From the sequence record DRR723986_7057: DNA of 48,026 bases; one strand, given 5' to 3'. Below, piece by piece: positions 1-9,415 of the stretch. The notes beneath the pieces are model-generated. The model had not been told where the DNA came from. It made no database searches and worked only from the letters and a program-made list of their open reading frames with translations. How positions within the stretch are numbered: position 1 is the stretch's first letter; every line of letters begins with the position of its first letter. The position numbers were made by a program, and so were the translations under genes.

Positions 1-46
1 TGTGTTGCAATGACCAGTTGAATTGACACATGCAAAAAGAAAGGAA

Positions 47-231
47 GTCGCCCAGCAAGGGCGAAAACCAAAGCCATCAGCACTAATGAAAATGAGCGTT
101 GCGTAGGGCTTGCAGAACGGAGCCACCTTAGCCGCGTTGAAGGTAAAGGTCGCGGTCAGGCCCGCTCCTACATAATCATGATTCGCGTGCATGCCATTGA
201 AAAGTAAGCTGGTTGCCCAGTAAGGGCGAAA
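47..231. repeat. Two copies of a 20-bp GCCC-N5-GGGC hairpin repeat (47-66 and 212-231)
   Basis: GTCGCCCAGCAAGGGCGAAA vs GTTGCCCAGTAAGGGCGAAA, 18/20 identical; each is preceded by an AAAG(G/T)AAG tract. Confidence 0.7.
150..172 (-). repeat. GTAG-type REP element
   Basis: Reverse complement TGTAGGAGCGGGCCTGACCGCGA; identical to 25573-25595; GTAG tetranucleotide followed by a GCGG..CCGC palindrome. Confidence 0.85.
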
Positions 232-240
232 CGCTCACCA

Positions 241-852
241 TCAGCAAATCCCGCGAATATTCCTCTCTACCAATTCCCTCCACAGCCGCTCGTGATTCTC
301 CAGCTCCAGGTGCTGAGAGGTGCTTTGCAGTTGCGCGGGCAGGTCGAGAAATTGGCCGCTAATACTGGCCTGGCTGGACGAGCTTTCGAACAGGGCAAAG
401 CCGAGGGTCATCCACAGCAGTGACTGGGCGTGGCGCACGGCGAGGCTTTCTTCTACCTGCATGGCTTTGATGGGCTCTGCCAGCGTGGCGATGGTGGCGA
501 CCATGGCTTCGGCGGGCAGGCTGTTATTGAACTGGGGTAGCAGGCCTGGGAAGGCGAGTACTTGTTGGCGCAGTTGGTCGAGGAGTTTTTCCAGGCGTTG
601 GGGGTGGCTTAACCCCGCAGGCAATGTACTGACATCCACGCTGAGTACGCTCTCGCCGATGGCGGTGAGCAGTTGTTGTTTGTTTTCAAAGTAGCGGTAT
701 AGGGAGGTGGGACTAATGCCCAGCTCCTTTGCCAGTTGCCGCAGGCTGAGCGCCGCGAGGTCTTGCTGTTGGGCGAGTTGCAGCGCCACAGCGAGAATCT
801 GCTCTTTGCTGGTACTGCTGGGGCGGCCAACGCGGCGCGTGTTACGGGTCAT
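241..852 (-). CDS. TetR/AcrR family transcriptional regulator
   Basis: N-terminal HTH 'GRP...ILAVALQL...SLRQLAKELGISPTSLYRYFENKQQLL'; AAGGA RBS upstream. Confidence 0.93.
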   Translation of the reverse strand: MTRNTRRVGRPSSTSKEQILAVALQLAQQQDLAALSLRQLAKELGISPTSLYRYFENKQQLLTAIGESVLSVDVSTLPAGLSHPQRLEKLLDQLRQQVLAFPGLLPQFNNSLPAEAMVATIATLAEPIKAMQVEESLAVRHAQSLLWMTLGFALFESSSSQASISGQFLDLPAQLQSTSQHLELENHERLWRELVERNIRGIC

Positions 853-874
853 GGTTTATCCTTCTTTTTAAATA

Positions 875-892
875 TAGTAACACCGTTAACTA
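875..892. promoter_or_regulatory. Candidate TetR operator in the divergent promoter region
   Basis: Imperfect inverted repeat TAGTAAC-ACC-GTTAACTA between divergent tetR and the kinase gene. Confidence 0.45.
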
Positions 893-946
893 ATTCGTGT
901 TAGCATCGTGTCATTGGCGTTCAATAACATAACAATGAGGCCTCGC

Positions 947-2032
947 ATGAGTAACGATCAGCGCCCCACACCGGTATTGGATAACCCGGACGAAACCCGC
1001 AGTAAACTGGAAAATTGGCTGTCTGCCCAGCTTGGCGACACAGTGAGTATCCCGTCGCTCAGTGTGCCCGAGGGTACGGGCATGTCGAATATCACCATGG
1101 TCTTCGATGCTCAGCACGGCGGCGCCGAGGCGGCTTATGTAGCGCGCATTGAGCCGCGTGGCGAGTACCTGGCCTTCCCTGAGTATGACCTGGGCATTCA
1201 GTGCCGTGTGATGGAAATGCTGGCGGCCAATAGCGATATTCCGGTGCCCGAGATCGTTGCCAAGGAGCTTACCGGCGAGGTGCTGGGGCAGCCATTCTAC
1301 ATTATGAAAAAGACCGACGGGGTGATTCCGCCGGATATGCCGCCCTATCATATGGATGGCTGGTTAACCGAGGAAGCGCCGGAAACTCGCCGCCAGCTCT
1401 GGTTGGCGGGCCTGAAGCGCCTGGCGCAGGTGAACACGCTCGACATCAGCAGCCCGGCTATCCAGTCTGCCCTGAATGCCTGCGCCATTCCCCGCAGCCT
1501 CGATGAACAGCTGACGTACTGGGAAAATTATTACCAGTGGGGCTACCAGCGCAATGGCGAGCGGCTTCCCCACGATGTAGCCGCAAGCACCTTGCAGTGG
1601 CTGCGCGATCATCAACCCAAAGAGCAGGCGGTCGCCCTGTGCTGGGGCGACTCCCGAATGGCAAATGTGATTTTCAGCCCGGATAAAACCGACGTTGCCG
1701 CCTTGCTGGACTGGGAAATGGTCGCACTGGGCGACCCCCTGCAAGATGTGGCGTGGTGGATTTACATGGATGAGCTGTTCAGCCACGGGCTGGATTTTCC
1801 ACCGCTGGAGGGCTTCCCCGGTCGTCAGGAGTCAGCCGAGGCGTGGGCGCAGCTCAGCGGGTTTAACACCGACCAGCTTCACTATTACCTGGTGTTCGCT
1901 GGTTTGCGTTTCGCGTTGTTGCTGGGGCGTATGTCGATAGGCATGGGCAACGAAGACAGCATTAACAGCCACTTTAGCAGCTGCTTTGAAGTGAAGTATC
2001 TTGAAAAAATTCTCTCGGAAAAATCGGCCTGA
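947..2032 (+). CDS. Aminoglycoside phosphotransferase (APH)/ACAD10-11 N-terminal-like kinase family protein
   Basis: 'GMSNIT', 'LGQPFYIM', 'LCWGDSRMANVIF', 'ALLDWEMVALGDPLQDVAWW' motifs. Start moved from 908 to ATG 947 because of the GAGG RBS at 937-940. Confidence 0.88.
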   Translation: MSNDQRPTPVLDNPDETRSKLENWLSAQLGDTVSIPSLSVPEGTGMSNITMVFDAQHGGAEAAYVARIEPRGEYLAFPEYDLGIQCRVMEMLAANSDIPVPEIVAKELTGEVLGQPFYIMKKTDGVIPPDMPPYHMDGWLTEEAPETRRQLWLAGLKRLAQVNTLDISSPAIQSALNACAIPRSLDEQLTYWENYYQWGYQRNGERLPHDVAASTLQWLRDHQPKEQAVALCWGDSRMANVIFSPDKTDVAALLDWEMVALGDPLQDVAWWIYMDELFSHGLDFPPLEGFPGRQESAEAWAQLSGFNTDQLHYYLVFAGLRFALLLGRMSIGMGNEDSINSHFSSCFEVKYLEKILSEKSA

Positions 2033-2044
2033 GGACGCGTAGCC

Positions 2045-3169
2045 ATGATCAGTAAACTCGACGATTACCCCATTCACCAAACCGCTGAGCCGGTCGCGCA
2101 AACCGCCACCAGTGACCGCTTCACCTATGACCGCTTCTGGTATAACGGCCACGCCAAAGACAGCGCATTTTATTTTGGTATCGGCCTTTGCCGGTATCCC
2201 AATTTGGGCATTGTAGACTGCAGTTTTAGCGTGGTGGTGGACGGCCGCCAGTACGCCTTTCACGGTTCCCGTCGCGCCTCTGATGAGCCGATGGATTTGG
2301 ATGTTGGCCCCTTCAAACTCAGCATTTTAGAGCCGATGGGTCGCCACCGTTTGGTGATTGAATCCAACGACACCAATATCGAATGCGACCTGGTGTTCAC
2401 CCCTAAAACCGGGGTGATTCCCGAGGGGCGGCAAACCCTGCGCAACGCCCGGCATGTGGTGATGGACGCCACCCGCATCGACCAGTTTGGCCACTGGCAG
2501 GGCAGCATTTCCGTTGAAGGTCGCAAGATTGCGGTAAACAGCGAGACCACCTTCGGCCTGAAGGATCGTTCCTGGGGGATTCGTCCGGTGGGCGCGCCGT
2601 ATGAAGGCGGCGCACCGCTGGACAGTTTCCAGGCGGTGCACTTTATGTGGCTGCCCATTCACTGGGAAAACCGTTGCACGCTGGCCGGCTGGTTTGAAGA
2701 CGACAGCGGCTACCAGTGGCACACCGACCAGGCCATCGCTCCCATTCATGCAGAGGGCGAGAGCATTCCGGTAAATGACCCGGCCATGACACTGTGGCAG
2801 GGCTGCGTTGGCCATCAGTTGACATTCAAGCCCGGTACCCGTCAGGCCGAGTCGGGCACCTTCCTGATGAACCATAAAAACGGTGAGCAGATCGAAATTA
2901 CGGTGCAGCCGGTATTGCTGCACCGCATGAAGGGGCTGGGTTATATGCACCCCGAGTGGGGGCACGGCAAATGGCATGGCGAACTCGTTATCGCGGGCGA
3001 GAGCTGGAACTGTGACGACGCGCCGCCGCTGAACCTGGAGAATATTCATATTCAGCAAACGGTGGTTGCACGTTGTGGCGATGAAGTGGGCTATGGCGTA
3101 TTGGAGCAGCTACATATTGGCCCCCACGCCGAACTGGGTTTTAAAGACTGGTTTGATGGCGCGGAATAA
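2045..3169 (+). CDS. Conserved hypothetical protein, probable lipocalin-like/tocopherol-cyclase-like beta-barrel fold
   Basis: 374-aa ORF 12 bp after the kinase with a GAGG RBS; 'DDYPIHQT', 'YDRFWYN', 'G-x-KDRSWGIR' motifs (DRSWG is typical of AttH/CrtC-like folds). Confidence 0.7.
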   Translation: MISKLDDYPIHQTAEPVAQTATSDRFTYDRFWYNGHAKDSAFYFGIGLCRYPNLGIVDCSFSVVVDGRQYAFHGSRRASDEPMDLDVGPFKLSILEPMGRHRLVIESNDTNIECDLVFTPKTGVIPEGRQTLRNARHVVMDATRIDQFGHWQGSISVEGRKIAVNSETTFGLKDRSWGIRPVGAPYEGGAPLDSFQAVHFMWLPIHWENRCTLAGWFEDDSGYQWHTDQAIAPIHAEGESIPVNDPAMTLWQGCVGHQLTFKPGTRQAESGTFLMNHKNGEQIEITVQPVLLHRMKGLGYMHPEWGHGKWHGELVIAGESWNCDDAPPLNLENIHIQQTVVARCGDEVGYGVLEQLHIGPHAELGFKDWFDGAE

Positions 3170-3232
3170 AGCGGCCGGAATCCGCTTGGCTTAAATCAAG
3201 TTGATGTAATAACGGTAGGATAAGTAAACGAG

Positions 3233-3273
3233 AGGCGCGCTGCCTGTAGGTATAGAGGTAGCGCGCCTTTTTT
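3233..3273 (+). terminator. Rho-independent terminator, probably bidirectional between convergent genes
   Basis: Stem AGGCGCGCTGCCT / AGGTAGCGCGCCT followed by a T tract. Confidence 0.8.
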
Positions 3274-3279
3274 CGTTGC

Positions 3280-4344
3280 TTAGGCAGGTTTGTACAAACC
3301 CTTGCCGTTGATTTTTGGCAGGTCGTAAGCGGCGACCATGCCGGGCTCTTGTTCCACCACAGCGGGAATGGCATTGACGATGGCGGTAGCGGTTTGAATC
3401 ACACCGCCCACCGCGTGGTCGCCGTGCTTGTCTTCCATGTCCATGCTGATGGTCATCCTGGGCTCACCTTCAATAATCACTTTGTAGCCCTTGCCCTTAG
3501 GCCAGTCGGGGGCGATGTCGTCGGTGATGCGGGTGATGTGTTCCAGCACGATGGCGTCGCGGCCATCGACCACGGCGCGCACTTCAAAGCGCATGGCGCC
3601 GGTGGTGCCCTTCTTGAAGACGCCCATGGCATTTTCGGTATCCTGCTCCAGGGGCAGGCGCTCGTGCACTTCGTACACGCGCTCTACTTCCAGGCCTAGG
3701 GCCGCTGCCACCGAACGCACCGAACCGCCCCAGCCCAGCGACAGCATACCGGGTGCAAATAGCACACAATCGTGATCGACCGGATAACCAAAGCCCATCA
3801 CCTCGCGAATGGTGTCTTCCTGTTCGTAGGTGGCGTAGTTGATGATCTCCTGCATGCGTATGCTCGACCAGTGCTCGCTTAGGCCGGTGAACACCAGCGG
3901 CATGGTGTCGTTGGCAAAACCGGGATCGATACCATTGTTAAAGCAGGTGGCTTCGCCGATCTCGCAGGCTTCTTTGATCGGCTCGGCAATGAAGGCCACG
4001 TCGGGGTTGTCGGGGTATTGCAGCATAAACAGCGACGAGGCCACCACGTTGATGCCCCGGCGCAGGCAGCGCGCCTGGTCTTTGGCCGCTTCCATCATGC
4101 GGGTCTCTGAGTGGGCGGTGTACACGACGCAGTCCGGGTTGAGGTCGAGTACCGCGTCAATATCGGTGGAGGCCGCAACGCCACAGGGCGTGTCGAGCTC
4201 GGCCAGGGTGGCGGCATCGACACCGGCCTTCGCATCACTGCTGACAATGTGTCCAATCAGTTCCAGCTCAGGGTGATTTAGTACCGCGCGAATGGCGTAT
4301 TTGCCAACGTTGCCGGTTCCCCAGGTAACCACTTTTAACGACAT
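3280..4344 (-). CDS. NAD(P)-dependent oxidoreductase, DapB-N / 2,4-diaminopentanoate dehydrogenase (amine dehydrogenase)-like family
   Basis: Rossmann 'WGTGNVGK', 'GINVV', 'GIDPGF', C-terminal 'TATAIVNAIPAVV..PG'. Confidence 0.85.
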   Translation of the reverse strand: MSLKVVTWGTGNVGKYAIRAVLNHPELELIGHIVSSDAKAGVDAATLAELDTPCGVAASTDIDAVLDLNPDCVVYTAHSETRMMEAAKDQARCLRRGINVVASSLFMLQYPDNPDVAFIAEPIKEACEIGEATCFNNGIDPGFANDTMPLVFTGLSEHWSSIRMQEIINYATYEQEDTIREVMGFGYPVDHDCVLFAPGMLSLGWGGSVRSVAAALGLEVERVYEVHERLPLEQDTENAMGVFKKGTTGAMRFEVRAVVDGRDAIVLEHITRITDDIAPDWPKGKGYKVIIEGEPRMTISMDMEDKHGDHAVGGVIQTATAIVNAIPAVVEQEPGMVAAYDLPKINGKGLYKPA

Positions 4345-4559
4345 AGTATTTCCCCACTCTTTATTGTTAATGGCTGACGGCTATACGCGCCAGCGCTGTG
4401 CTTGGATAGCCAGCCGTCATGCTAGCAAGGGCGGCGGTGCGGCAAAGGCTGCGCTGGTATGACATAGAAAACCGCCGCTGGCTGTCGCGTGGGCAAGCAG
4501 GGCAGAATAGCGCGGTGGTTTAGCAATTTAGTATGAAACTGATCGGTGGTAACGAAATC

Positions 4560-5093
4560 ATGCAAGGCTTGAATACGCCGCGCTTGTGTATGCGGCAATG
4601 GCGCGAAACGGATGCGGCGGCCTTCGCGGCGATGAATGCCGACCCTAAGGTAATGGAGTTCTTTCCTCGCAGTTTATGCTGTGAAGAGAGCGACGCTCTG
4701 CTGGCTCAGTTGTCGGCGCAAAACGCGCAGCAGGGTTGGGGGATATGGGCTATGGAGCGCCGCAGTGATGCGCGTTTGCTGGGCTTTGCGGGTTTGAAGA
4801 CGGTGGCAAGTGATTTGCCGTTTGCGCCAGCCACCGAGATTGCCTGGCGTTTGGCCGCCGATGCCTGGGGGCAGGGCTACGCTTATGAAGCGGCGCAGGC
4901 CGCCCTGGATTATGGCTTCGCTACGTTGAACATGCCTGAAATTGTGGCGATGACAGCCGTTGTGAATACGCGCTCGCGCGCATTGATGGAGCGCCTGAAC
5001 ATGCGGCGCGGTGACGACTTCGAGCACCCGCAATTGGCCGTGGGCTCGCCGCTGCGCCGCCATTGTTTGTACACACTGGCGGCGCCAGCCTGA
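4560..5093 (+). CDS. GNAT family N-acetyltransferase (RimJ/RimL-like)
   Basis: 'TPRLCMRQW', 'EIAWRLAADAWGQGYAYEAA', 'NTRSRALMERL'; alternative start at 4533. Confidence 0.9.
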   Translation: MQGLNTPRLCMRQWRETDAAAFAAMNADPKVMEFFPRSLCCEESDALLAQLSAQNAQQGWGIWAMERRSDARLLGFAGLKTVASDLPFAPATEIAWRLAADAWGQGYAYEAAQAALDYGFATLNMPEIVAMTAVVNTRSRALMERLNMRRGDDFEHPQLAVGSPLRRHCLYTLAAPA

Positions 5094-5101
5094 CAAGCGT
5101 T

Positions 5102-8100
5102 TTAGTTGCTGGCTGGGCTGTCTTTCAGTTCCTTCTCAAGCTGGTGCGCCACATCCTGCGGAGAGCCTGTGTGGCGAGCCAGGAAGCGGTAGGCCATTGG
5201 CACCACAAACAAGGTAAACAAGGTGGCGGCACTCACCCCGGAGACCACGACCACGCCAATCACGTAGCGGCTTTCGCTGCCCGCACCAAAAGCCAGCAAT
5301 AGCGGAATGGCACCCATAATGGTGGTGATGGCGGTCATGATGATGGGGCGTAGGCGCTGTTCGGCGGCTTTACTAATTGCCTCTTCAAACTCAACACCGT
5401 CGTCGCGCAATTGGTTGGTGAATTCCACCAGCAAGATGCCGTTTTTGGCAGCTAAGCCCACCAGCATAATCAGCGCCACCTGACTGTAGATATTCAGGCT
5501 CTGCCCGGTGAGGTAGAGCCCGAGCAAGGCCCCGGCAATGGCCAGCGGCACGGTGAGAAGAATCACCAGTGGGTGAACAAAGCTTTCAAACTGGGCGGCA
5601 AGTACCAAATAAACCACAAGCAGCGCCAGCACAAAGGTGAAGTAGACGGCATTGCCGGAGTCTTTGTAGTCCAGCGATTCGCCCTTGTAGTCGATGATGG
5701 CATCCGGCGCGACCTTGCGTGTGACCTCTTCCAAATAGCTCAGTGCCTCGCCCAGGGAATAGCCCTCTGCGAGGTTGGCATCCAGGGTAATGGCGCGCAC
5801 GCGGTTATAGCGCCTGAGCACCGCCGCGTCGCCGCGCTCGCTAATGCTGACCAGGTTGGAAAGCGGAATAAGTTGGCCGCTGCTATTCGAGCGCACATAG
5901 ATATTGCCGAGGTCGTTGGGCGTGTTTTGTTTGTCCGGCTCGCCCTCCAGCACCACGTTGTACTCTTCGCCGTCGAGCATAAAGGTGGTAACTCGGCGGG
6001 AGCCGAGCAGGGTTTCCAGACTGCGGTTAATTTCCTGCGTACTCACGCCGAGGTCGGCGGCGCGGTCGCGCAGAATCGTTACTTCCAGTTGCGGCTTGGT
6101 TTCCCGATAGTCGCTATCGATACCCAGCAGATTCGGGTTATTGCGAGCCTCGTCCATAATGGCATCGCGCCACGCCGCGAGGTGCTGGAAGTCGCCGCCG
6201 CCAATCACAAATTCCACGGGCTTACTAAAGCCGCCACCCAGTGCCTGAGGCATAATTGGGAAGGTCGTCAGCGCGGTAAAGCCCTGCAGGCGTTTGCGAA
6301 TATCGGCGACGATGGCAGTGTTGGGGCGGCGGGTTTCCCAGGGCGCCAGCACCATAATGGCAAAGGCTTCGTTGTAACTTTCAGCGCCGCCGCGACCAGC
6401 GGGGGCACGCACCAGGAAGCGATTGACCTCGCCGCTTTCCACCAGCGGCATCAGGCGTCGTTCGATTTCTTCCATGTGTTTGCTGACAAAGTCGAAGGAC
6501 GAACCCTCGGGGCCGCGAATCATCATAAAGATCACGCCGCGGTCTTCCTTGGGGGCGAATTCTGCCGGGACTTTTTGCATCAGTACCACGCAGCCCAGAA
6601 CGGCCAGGCCCAAAATAGACGCTGACAGCAGCGGCCGCTTCAGGCTGGCGTCGAGGCTGCGGCGGTAGCGGGTTTCCATGCGGTGCAGCAGGCCCTCGAC
6701 GAAGTCGGCGAGGCGGCCGTGAATGGCGTCTTGCTTGAGTAATTTCGAGCAGATAACCGGCGACAGCGTCAGCGCGACAATGCTGGAGAACACCACGGCG
6801 ACAGCCATCGCGACGGCAAATTCGCCGAACAGCCGCCCGACATCGCCGTCGAGCATGGTGATGGGAATAAACACCGCGACCAACACCGCCGTGGTGGCGA
6901 CCACGGCGAAGCCGACTTGGCGACTGCCGCGAAAGGCGGCCACTAACGGCGACTCACCGTTGAGCAAGCGGCGGTGAATATTTTCCAGCACCACGATACT
7001 GTCATCGACCACCAGGCCGATGGCCAGTACCAGCGCCAGCAGGGTTAGTAGGTTAATGGTGTAGCCCAGGGCGTAGAGCACGGTAAAGCTGGCGATCAGC
7101 GATACCGGCACGGTCACTGCTGGCACTAACATGGCGCGGAAGTCGCCGAGGAAAATAAAGATCACCAACACCACCAGACTGGCGGCGATAAAGAGCGTGG
7201 AGTAGACCTCGTCGATGGCGCTGTCGATAAACACCGAGCTGTCGTAGCTGTCGTGCAACTCGGTGCCCGCCGGTAAGATGCTGCGCATAGCATTCACTTC
7301 GCGGTGCGCTGCCTTGGCCACTTCCAGTGTATTGGCGGTACTTTGCTTCACGATGCCGACGCCCACCTGCGGAATGCCATTGCCGCGAAACATGGTGCGG
7401 TATTCTTCGGCGTCCAGCTCAACCCGTGCCACTTCGCCTAGGCGCAAAATATTGCCGCTGTCATCGCGGCGCAGCACCAGTGTGGCGAAGTCGTCGGGGG
7501 CGAGGAACTGGCGCTCTATCTTGATAACAAAGTCGCGGTCGCGCGCCTTGAGTGTGCCGGCTGGCAGCTCGACATTTTCGCGCCGCAGGGCATTTTCGAC
7601 ATCGCCAATGGTCAGGTTGCGGGCGGCTAGCGCCTCGTGGTCCAGCCAAATGCGCATGGCATATTCCGGCCCGCCGCTCACCCGCACCCGCGCAACACCG
7701 TCGAGCACAGACAGCCGATCCACCAGATAGCGCTGGGCATAGTCGGCCAGTTGCAGGGTATTCATTTTGGTGGAGGTGAGGTTAAACCACATGATCACCC
7801 GTTGGTCCGAGTCAGCTTTTTGTACCTCCGGGGCATCGGCTTCTTCGGGCAGGTTATTGCGCACACCGGCCACGCGATCGCGCACATCGTTGGCGGCGGC
7901 GTCGATATCGCGGCTCAGTTCAAACTCGATGCTAATCGTCGAAAAGCCATCCTGACTGGTCGACGACACGGTTTTGATTCCCTCAATGCCGGAGATGCGG
8001 TCCTCGATAACCTGGGTGATTTTCGACTCGACCACTTCGGCTGAGGCGCCGGTGTAGTTGGTGCTGACCGAGACGATAGGCGGGTCCACATCCGGGTACT

Positions 8101-8206
8101 CGCGCAGCGCCAGACGTTCGAATGACAGGGCGCCAAAGGCGACCAGCAACAGGCTAATAACGGTGGCAAAGACGGGGCGCTTTACCGCAGTGTCTGACAG
8201 CAACAT
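5102..8206 (-). CDS. RND efflux transporter permease subunit (AcrB/MexW-like)
   Basis: 1034 aa; 'KRPVFATVI', 'LAIGLVVDDSIVVLENI', 'GLAAKNGILLVEF', 'RLRPIIMT'. Confidence 0.96.
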   Translation of the reverse strand: MLLSDTAVKRPVFATVISLLLVAFGALSFERLALREYPDVDPPIVSVSTNYTGASAEVVESKITQVIEDRISGIEGIKTVSSTSQDGFSTISIEFELSRDIDAAANDVRDRVAGVRNNLPEEADAPEVQKADSDQRVIMWFNLTSTKMNTLQLADYAQRYLVDRLSVLDGVARVRVSGGPEYAMRIWLDHEALAARNLTIGDVENALRRENVELPAGTLKARDRDFVIKIERQFLAPDDFATLVLRRDDSGNILRLGEVARVELDAEEYRTMFRGNGIPQVGVGIVKQSTANTLEVAKAAHREVNAMRSILPAGTELHDSYDSSVFIDSAIDEVYSTLFIAASLVVLVIFIFLGDFRAMLVPAVTVPVSLIASFTVLYALGYTINLLTLLALVLAIGLVVDDSIVVLENIHRRLLNGESPLVAAFRGSRQVGFAVVATTAVLVAVFIPITMLDGDVGRLFGEFAVAMAVAVVFSSIVALTLSPVICSKLLKQDAIHGRLADFVEGLLHRMETRYRRSLDASLKRPLLSASILGLAVLGCVVLMQKVPAEFAPKEDRGVIFMMIRGPEGSSFDFVSKHMEEIERRLMPLVESGEVNRFLVRAPAGRGGAESYNEAFAIMVLAPWETRRPNTAIVADIRKRLQGFTALTTFPIMPQALGGGFSKPVEFVIGGGDFQHLAAWRDAIMDEARNNPNLLGIDSDYRETKPQLEVTILRDRAADLGVSTQEINRSLETLLGSRRVTTFMLDGEEYNVVLEGEPDKQNTPNDLGNIYVRSNSSGQLIPLSNLVSISERGDAAVLRRYNRVRAITLDANLAEGYSLGEALSYLEEVTRKVAPDAIIDYKGESLDYKDSGNAVYFTFVLALLVVYLVLAAQFESFVHPLVILLTVPLAIAGALLGLYLTGQSLNIYSQVALIMLVGLAAKNGILLVEFTNQLRDDGVEFEEAISKAAEQRLRPIIMTAITTIMGAIPLLLAFGAGSESRYVIGVVVVSGVSAATLFTLFVVPMAYRFLARHTGSPQDVAHQLEKELKDSPASN

Positions 8207-8209
8207 GGC

Positions 8210-9250
8210 TTATGACTCCTGCGGGGTGACGGGGCTGCCGGGGCGCAGCATCAGGAAACCTTCACTAATAAGCTGCTCGCCAGCACTGAGGCCGTTGATC
8301 ACTTCCACGCCGTCAACCAGACGGGTGCCCAGTGTTACCTCGCGGCGCTCGGCTTTTTGCTCGCCGTCTACCAGCCAGACATAGTGGCGATTTTCGATAC
8401 TCTGCAGAGCCGCGGCGGGCACCACAATGCCCTCGCGCTTGTCTTTCAATAACGACACTCTCATCAGCATGCCGGGTTTTAATGTGGCGTCGCCATTGGG
8501 AATGTGGGCGCGCACCATCACGCTGCGCGACAGCGGGTCAATGCGTGGATTAATGGCGACGATCTTGCCCTGAAAGGTTTTATTTAAGGCATCGCTGCGG
8601 GCATCCACCGCCATGCCCACCCTGAGTGAGCGCAGCAACAGGCTGGGCAGGTTGAGGTCGAGGCGCATGGTACTTAGGTCGTCGAGGCTGGTTATGCTGT
8701 CGCCCGGCGACACCAGCGCGCCGGGGCTGACATTGTGCAAACCGGTCACGCCGCCAAAGGGTGCGCGCAGGGTGCGCTCATCAATTTTCGCCTGAACCTC
8801 GGCGATCTTGGCCTGGGCGCGGTCGCGGGCACTCAGGCGTTGGTCGTATTCGGTTTGCGCGGCCGACTGTGTGGCCAGCAGGTTTTTCAGACGACGGATT
8901 TCCCGCTGCTGCTCGGCCAGGTCGGCCTTCGCCGACGATAGCTGGGCCTGCTCTTCCGCTTGTTCCAGTGTTGCTAGTAAGTCGCCTTGCTTCACGTATT
9001 GGCCTTCGTCGAAATGCAGGGCGCGCACTTTTTCGCTGACGGTGCTGGTTATGCGCACCGATTCCTTGGCTAGTAGCGAGCCGATGGCAGGCAGCCGCTC
9101 TTCTATGGTTTGCGGGGCGAGTGTTTGCACCTTTACTGCGGCGGCGGGACGCTGGCCGGGGGTGGCCGCCGAATTGGGCTCGCAGGCGCTAAGCGCGGCA
9201 AATAGAGGCAGGCAAAACGCAATTACGCGTGCGCGGGGCGCAGTGAACAT
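8210..9250 (-). CDS. RND efflux periplasmic adaptor (membrane fusion protein), lipoprotein
   Basis: Lipobox 'LSAC', lipoyl/hairpin motifs 'FDEGQYVKQGDLL', 'LRAPFGG', 'LKPGM'. Start ATG 9250 has an AGGAG RBS. Confidence 0.93.
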   Translation of the reverse strand: MFTAPRARVIAFCLPLFAALSACEPNSAATPGQRPAAAVKVQTLAPQTIEERLPAIGSLLAKESVRITSTVSEKVRALHFDEGQYVKQGDLLATLEQAEEQAQLSSAKADLAEQQREIRRLKNLLATQSAAQTEYDQRLSARDRAQAKIAEVQAKIDERTLRAPFGGVTGLHNVSPGALVSPGDSITSLDDLSTMRLDLNLPSLLLRSLRVGMAVDARSDALNKTFQGKIVAINPRIDPLSRSVMVRAHIPNGDATLKPGMLMRVSLLKDKREGIVVPAAALQSIENRHYVWLVDGEQKAERREVTLGTRLVDGVEVINGLSAGEQLISEGFLMLRPGSPVTPQES

Positions 9251-9388
9251 GGTGAAGACTCCTGTCATTCCTGGTGTGCTACGCCCGAGATGAAGAGATG
9301 GATGGTCGCGGGCAGTAGTAATGTAACACCGCAGCGAGAGAAATCCCTCGCGGCAGTGGATAAGATTTTTTAAAGAAGCGGGGAATCG

Positions 9389-9409
9389 CGGCGGGCAGGA
9401 CGCCCGCCG
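9389..9409 (-). terminator. GC-rich hairpin just downstream of argH
   Basis: CGGCGGGC-AGGAC-GCCCGCCG perfect 8-bp stem; the U-tract is weak. Confidence 0.45.
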
Positions 9410-9415
9410 ACGGAC

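Noticed and set aside
947-2032. APH-family gene as an aminoglycoside resistance determinant
   Set aside because: Motifs and context fit the ACAD10/11-like metabolic kinase subfamily; no mobile-element context
5573-6625. 350-aa ORF on + strand
   Set aside because: Antisense shadow of the RND permease; no recognisable motifs; typical of GC-rich codon bias
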